DNA of 64,000 bases from an uncultured bacterium (GTDB taxonomy: Bacteria > Krumholzibacteriota > Krumholzibacteriia > JAJRXK01). The notes under the pieces are model-generated. The model searched no databases, was not told where the DNA came from, and worked only from the letters and a program-made list of their open reading frames with translations. Made by a program: the position numbers and the translations under genes. How positions within the stretch are numbered: the first letter of the stretch is position 1; each line of letters starts with the position of its first letter. Positions 59,327-64,000 of this stretch are shown here, piece after piece. The stretch is taken from positions 2,802 through 66,801 of the forward strand of contig CAZRMV010000010.1 in the NCBI GenBank assembly GCA_964601275.1, read 5' to 3'.

Positions 59327-60847
59327 TCAGGGGGCCTGCAGTTTCGCCTCCAGCTCCCTCGCCTGGCGGACTCCCGGATGATCCTCGTCGGCCAGGGCCA
59401 TCACCCTCAGGTAGGTCTTCACCCGCTGGAGGGCGGCATCGGTGCGGCCCAGCTTCGCGTCGGCCTGGGCCGCGAGCAGGTTCATGTACGGGAAGGTGGG
59501 AATGATCGAGAGGATGCGGTCGGCCTGCTGGAGAGCGGCGTCGTAGTCTCCCGCCTCGTACTCGATACGTCCCAGGTCGTAGTGCCAGAAGGCTGCCCGG
59601 TGGGGGGGGAAGCTGCTCTCATCGAGTGCCTTGGTGATCTCCGCCGCCGCCGCGCGGTAGTCCACACCCCGGGCCACGCTCAACTTCGCCTTGAGGAGCC
59701 CTCCCACGATGGTTCCCAGGCTCTTCATCGAGGAGCCCATCGGTTGGCCGGATTTCTCCACCACCTTCTGCCAGTACGTGCTCGCGTTGCGCATGGATTC
59801 CTCCGCCTCGTCGAGACGCCCCAGCTCGATGAGGGCGAAGGTGCGGAAAGTGAAGACGTTCAGCAGGATGCCGATCCTGGCGGGGTCGTCCTCGATGTCC
59901 CCGGTGGCGCGGGTCAACTCGGCGTCGCAGAGCTGCAGAACCTTCTCCGGCCGCATTCCGAGCGATTCGATGCGGATCCTCTGCACCGGGAGGTAGCGGG
60001 TGCTGACTCCCTGTTCGGTCATCGCCTTCTTGGCTTGGTCGATGGCATAGCGTGCGCGGTGGACCTGTCCGGTGACGGCGAGGGTGGTCGCCAGGTGGAG
60101 GGCCGAATGGTAGAAGGTGGGCCGGATCTCCAGGGCCTTCAGGTACTCCTGGATGGCCTTGTCGTATTCGCCGGCCGCGTCATAGGCCTCGCCCAGCGAG
60201 TCGTGGGGGTTCGGCTGATCGTTGGCGTAGTAGGCGTAGCGCTGGAGATTGGCGATGGCGGTGGGGTAGTCTCCTTTCTCCAGGTACAGGTAACCGAGCT
60301 GGTTGTGGCTCATGACCATCGTGGGGTCGATCGCCAACGACTTCTCGTAGAGGCGGATCGCCTGGTCGGTGTCCCCGTCGGTCCAGGCTTGCCGGGCGCG
60401 GATGAGGATCGACCGGACATCGTTCGGGTATTTCTCGGCCAGCTCGTCGAGGACGGCCATCGCCTGATCGTGCTCGCCATTGAAGACGTCGTAGTAGTAA
60501 TCGATGTAGAGCCGTTCGTCCTCGCGGACCATCTCTCGCAGCTCGTGGGCACGCTTCAGGGCCTGCTTGCTTCCCTCGCGATTCTCGAGATTGCGCCGGG
60601 CCGTGGCCAGCTCGATCCACGCCATCGCGAAATTGCTGTCCGCCTCGACCGCTTTCTCGAAGGAATGTTCCGCTTCGGACCAGAAGAACTTCTCCCGGTT
60701 CTCCACCCCCTTCTCGTACCACTGGTAGGCCACCTTGGAATCGGTGGTCACCGGCAGCGGTTTTTCCTTCAGGAACAGGCCCCAGGCCCCCGCTCCCATC
60801 GCCACCGCGAGAATCAGCGTCGCCAGCAGGATGTCGCGTCGTCTCAT
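59327..60847 (-). CDS. Secreted/anchored tetratricopeptide (TPR) repeat protein
   Basis: N-terminal TM/signal segment (ILLATLILAVAMGAGAW). At least 8 TPR units (…AMAWIELATARRNLEN…; …HNQLGYLYLEKGDYPTAIANLQR…). Confidence 0.8.
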   Translation of the reverse strand: MRRRDILLATLILAVAMGAGAWGLFLKEKPLPVTTDSKVAYQWYEKGVENREKFFWSEAEHSFEKAVEADSNFAMAWIELATARRNLENREGSKQALKRAHELREMVREDERLYIDYYYDVFNGEHDQAMAVLDELAEKYPNDVRSILIRARQAWTDGDTDQAIRLYEKSLAIDPTMVMSHNQLGYLYLEKGDYPTAIANLQRYAYYANDQPNPHDSLGEAYDAAGEYDKAIQEYLKALEIRPTFYHSALHLATTLAVTGQVHRARYAIDQAKKAMTEQGVSTRYLPVQRIRIESLGMRPEKVLQLCDAELTRATGDIEDDPARIGILLNVFTFRTFALIELGRLDEAEESMRNASTYWQKVVEKSGQPMGSSMKSLGTIVGGLLKAKLSVARGVDYRAAAAEITKALDESSFPPHRAAFWHYDLGRIEYEAGDYDAALQQADRILSIIPTFPYMNLLAAQADAKLGRTDAALQRVKTYLRVMALADEDHPGVRQARELEAKLQAP

Positions 60848-60914
60848 GTCACCGGGTTCCCTGGCTGCGGGGTGGATGGGAGGCGGATCGTTCGTTCATG
60901 GTTCAACCTTTCCC

Positions 60915-63482
60915 CTACGGATTCCCCGGCGCCGATGTTGCATCGGCGGCCATTTCCTTCTTCACCCGCAGGACCACGATGGTCAGATCGTCTCCCGCGT
61001 TGCGTTCGCCAGAGCCGTTGCGTTGGCCGACGTGTCGGAAGACTGCATCTTCCAGTTCCTGGGCGATCTCATGGGCGGGTCGATCGGACCGGCGGCGGAC
61101 GACTTCCTCCAGCCGTTCGGTTCCGAATTGCTCTTCCGAGGGGCTTTCGGCCTCGGTGACCCCGTCGGTGTAGAGCACCAGAAGGTCCCCCGGTCCCAGC
61201 GAGATGGCCTCTTCCGGATAGTCCATTCCCTCGAAGGCTCCCAGCGGGGTCGAACCTTCCTCCAGCCAGGAAGACGAACCGTCGGCCCGATGCAGCAGGG
61301 GAGGATTGTGCCCGGCGCTGGAGTAGACCAGTCTCCGGCGCTCGGGTTCGAGAGCGGCCAGGAACAGGGTGGCGAAACGGTCGCTGTCGGTGCTCTCGTA
61401 GAGCGCCATGTTCACCGCTCCCAGGATCGACGCCGGGCTGGAGTGGATCCCGGCCAGGGCCCGCAGCGAAGCCTGGAGATTGCTGGCCAAGAGCGACGCT
61501 CCCATTCCCTTCCCCGAGACATCGCTGATCACCACACCGGTGCGTCCCTCTCTCATGGAGACGAAGTCGTAGTAGTCGCCGCTGATCTGTCTGGAGGGAA
61601 GATTGACCGCGGCGATCTCGTACTCGGCCAGCTGGGGCACTTCGCGGGGCAGCAGCCGCTGCTGGATCGAGCGGGCCAGCGCCAGTTCCTCTTCCAGCTG
61701 CCGACGGTGGATGGCCTCGTCGTACAGGCGGGTATTCTCCAGCTGCACTCCCATCTGTCCCGCCACGATGGCCAACAGTTCGAGTTCGGCGCCCTCGTAG
61801 GCTGCCTCGCTGCGCTTGGGCCCCAGGCAGATCGCGGCCACCAGGCGGTCACCGGCCAGGGCGGGGACGACGATCTCCAGGCCATCGTCCAGAAGGGTGT
61901 GCAACTCCTCGGCGAGCCGGGCGCGGCGCCGGGCGCCGGCCTCCCCGCTCTCGGGCCGCAGCGGCGCGCTCATTTGGGATGCCAGCTCCTCGAGCACCAG
62001 GGCCGATCGCCGGTTCGCCAGGTACGAGGAGAGTTCGGTCAACGCCTTCTGGCCCTGGTGCGGCGAGGCCCTGAGCACTTCGGCTTCCGCCACCAGGATG
62101 ACGAGATGGCGGGGATGCAGAAGAGAGTTCACCCGGCTCTGCACCAGGTCGAAGAGCGCGTCACGTTCGATGGTCCGGGGAATGGAAAGGGCGAGGTCCT
62201 GAAGGGCCACCTGCATGTCATGTTTCTCGCGGAAGAAACTGCGTTCGAGGAATCCCTGGATCCGATCGCGGGCCGGTGCGAACGCGGCGGCGAGAATCAG
62301 GGTGGCGACGATGGCCACGAGCTGGCTCGTCTGCCCCGACGCCTTGAGCAGGATGTTGCCGACCACGATGACGATGAGCAGGTAGGTTCCTACGAGCAGC
62401 CCGGTGAGGACCGCGTAGATGAGCGAGCGCCGGATGATCACTTCGACTTCCATCAGCCGATAACGGGCGATGGAGTAACCGAAGGAGACCGGCACGAGCA
62501 CCAGGGGAACCGCCCCGAGCAGGGCGAAGTCGTTGCGCCCGAAGAGCACCTGGAAGGTCATGGTGAAGATCAGGTAGGGAAGAACCCCCAGCACCGTCCC
62601 GAGGGTCAGGAACTTCACCTTCTGCCGCAGGGTCGAATCGGTGGTCTGGACGTAGGTGGTGAGCAGACTGGCCAGTCCCACGGTGAAGTAGAGTCCCAGG
62701 ATCATCTGTTGCAGCCCGGAGATCTGCGCCGGGTGGGAACCGTAGAACTGATCGCGGGTGAAGAGGATGTAATAGATGAAGGGCAGCACGTAGAGGCTGG
62801 GAAGGATCCATTTCTGCCGGAAGAGGATCCGGCGCGGTTCGGGGAAGATGAGGAAGAAATGGAGGAAGAGAGCGGGCACCAGCAGCGAGGACAAGGCCGC
62901 CATGTTCCGGGAGAAGACCTGGCTCCAGTAGTACTCGACGCTGCGTCCGCTCGAGGAGAAGAAGTAGAGGAGGAAAACGACCCCGAGCAGGTAGAAGACG
63001 CGGGCCGGGTCCCGCCACGGATTCTTCCAGAACACGTACAGCCCCACCAGGAAGTACACGAGCCCCAGGCCGCAGTAGATCAGGTAGATCATGACATTGG
63101 TGGTGCGCGTGCTCGCGAGCTTCAGGTCGGCCTCGAAGACCTGTCCGTCGCGATTGACCATGTAGGGAACCACGTCGCCCACCTGGTGCGAACGGAGGAT
63201 CAGGGCCGCCTGGCGCGGCGACGAGATGGCCTTGCGGTCGATTCCCTCGATGTAGTCCCCGACCTGCAGGGGCATGGGCTCACCTTCGGAGGTGGCCATC
63301 TCGGCCGGGCCGTTGGGGACGATGCCCCCGATCTGGATCTCATGTTTGCCCAGCTTCCACTCCGCGCCGTCGGTGGGCTTGCGCTGGAGGGCGTCGTAGG
63401 CGCAGAACAGCGCGGCGAAGAGGGCGAGCATCCCCAGCAACAGATAGCCCATGGGCGGGCGATGGACCGTCGAGTCGGACAT
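60915..63482 (-). CDS. Transmembrane signalling phosphatase: N-terminal TM + periplasmic PDZ, ~8-TM domain, cytoplasmic GAF and PP2C (SpoIIE/RsbU-like) phosphatase
   Basis: ATG 63482. PDZ-like segment (GIVPNGPAEMATSEGEPMPLQVGDYIEGIDRKAI). Multiple TM helices. GAF-like region. PP2C motifs (ISGDYYDF; DVSGKGMGASLLASNL; LYTDGVTEA; metal-binding Asp residues). Confidence 0.8.
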   Translation of the reverse strand: MSDSTVHRPPMGYLLLGMLALFAALFCAYDALQRKPTDGAEWKLGKHEIQIGGIVPNGPAEMATSEGEPMPLQVGDYIEGIDRKAISSPRQAALILRSHQVGDVVPYMVNRDGQVFEADLKLASTRTTNVMIYLIYCGLGLVYFLVGLYVFWKNPWRDPARVFYLLGVVFLLYFFSSSGRSVEYYWSQVFSRNMAALSSLLVPALFLHFFLIFPEPRRILFRQKWILPSLYVLPFIYYILFTRDQFYGSHPAQISGLQQMILGLYFTVGLASLLTTYVQTTDSTLRQKVKFLTLGTVLGVLPYLIFTMTFQVLFGRNDFALLGAVPLVLVPVSFGYSIARYRLMEVEVIIRRSLIYAVLTGLLVGTYLLIVIVVGNILLKASGQTSQLVAIVATLILAAAFAPARDRIQGFLERSFFREKHDMQVALQDLALSIPRTIERDALFDLVQSRVNSLLHPRHLVILVAEAEVLRASPHQGQKALTELSSYLANRRSALVLEELASQMSAPLRPESGEAGARRRARLAEELHTLLDDGLEIVVPALAGDRLVAAICLGPKRSEAAYEGAELELLAIVAGQMGVQLENTRLYDEAIHRRQLEEELALARSIQQRLLPREVPQLAEYEIAAVNLPSRQISGDYYDFVSMREGRTGVVISDVSGKGMGASLLASNLQASLRALAGIHSSPASILGAVNMALYESTDSDRFATLFLAALEPERRRLVYSSAGHNPPLLHRADGSSSWLEEGSTPLGAFEGMDYPEEAISLGPGDLLVLYTDGVTEAESPSEEQFGTERLEEVVRRRSDRPAHEIAQELEDAVFRHVGQRNGSGERNAGDDLTIVVLRVKKEMAADATSAPGNP

Positions 63483-63727
63483 TCGTACCACGCGCTTCGG
63501 TGTCGATGGGGCGCCAGGAAGTGGGATGGCCCTCGTCCCGCACAGTCTAACCTTTCCTGCGCGGTCTCTCATCCCATTATGCAGGACGCGCCAGACCCCC
63601 CTCGGGTTGCGGGAGGGCTCGCCGCCCGGGTGGGCGGATCGGGGGGAGGCCCGAGTTGCCACTCCATGCTCTCTTACCTAAGATCCCTCGAACCGATCCA
63701 CCCGATCCTTCGACCAGGGGATGCCCC

Positions 63728-64000
63728 GTGAACCACGCTGAAACCTCTCCCCATGCCCTCCGGACCTTCCTCGGTGGATTGCTGCGGGAGGTCCGGCCGC
63801 AGATCGTGGAACGCTTCGGGACCACCGGACCCCTCACCTTCAAGTACGCCCAGGAGGCCATCACCGAGGTCGACCGGCAGATCGAGGATCGGCTGGTGGA
63901 AAGGATCCTCGAGCGCTTCCCCGATCACCGGATCATGGGGGAGGAGGCTGGGATCCGCGGCCGCGGGGATTCCCCCTGGACCTGGCAGATCGACCCCATC
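63728..64000 (+). CDS. Inositol monophosphatase family protein (5' part; runs off window end)
   Basis: GTG 63728. Conserved IMPase motifs (…EVDRQIEDRLVERILERFPDHRIMGEE… and WQIDPI = WxIDPIDGT). Absent from the ORF track because no stop codon occurs before the window ends. Confidence 0.6.
   Translation, partial: MNHAETSPHALRTFLGGLLREVRPQIVERFGTTGPLTFKYAQEAITEVDRQIEDRLVERILERFPDHRIMGEEAGIRGRGDSPWTWQIDPI

Noticed and set aside
60735-63731. 998-aa + strand ORF
   Set aside because: Antisense to the PDZ-TM-GAF-PP2C gene, whose PP2C and PDZ motifs are on the - strand.

Overview
High-GC (~65-70%) bacterial chromosomal window; about 50 genes are supportable from protein motifs. The extreme GC content produces many long spurious antisense ORFs in the supplied track, and those are not reported as genes.

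Housekeeping genes recognised: lipA, proS (archaeal/eukaryal type), pdxS/pdxT, alaS, truA, purB-purL-purQ-(tandem purS-like)-purF, an RNase E/G gene, and a bifunctional sat/cysC (PAPS synthase).

Accessory content worth attention:
- A PNAG-type exopolysaccharide operon in the non-canonical order pgaD-pgaC-pgaA-pgaB, with shortened PgaA and PgaB homologues and GTGA start/stop coupling.
- A sulfation module: PAPS synthase convergent with a sulfotransferase, which ends a LemA/TPM/TPM operon, and preceded by an ABC-2 exporter.
- A sigma-54 two-component system followed by a candidate sigma-54 promoter that would drive a secreted helical-repeat protein and an outer-membrane barrel.
- A small Cys-rich secreted protein next to an M6 (InhA-like) metalloprotease carrying a T9SS-type C-terminal sorting domain.
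- A TIGR03960-like radical-SAM homologue with no CxxxCxxC motif, fused to DUF2344 immediately upstream of the RNase E/G gene.
- A lower-GC archaeal-type (class II) GAPDH-like gene.
- A PDZ / multi-TM / GAF / PP2C transmembrane phosphatase.
- A HEAT-repeat/cyclophilin lipoprotein fusion.

No rRNA, tRNA, CRISPR array or recognisable mobile element was found. The T9SS-type sorting domain points to an FCB-group-like or Gemmatimonadota-like uncultured lineage; this is inference only.
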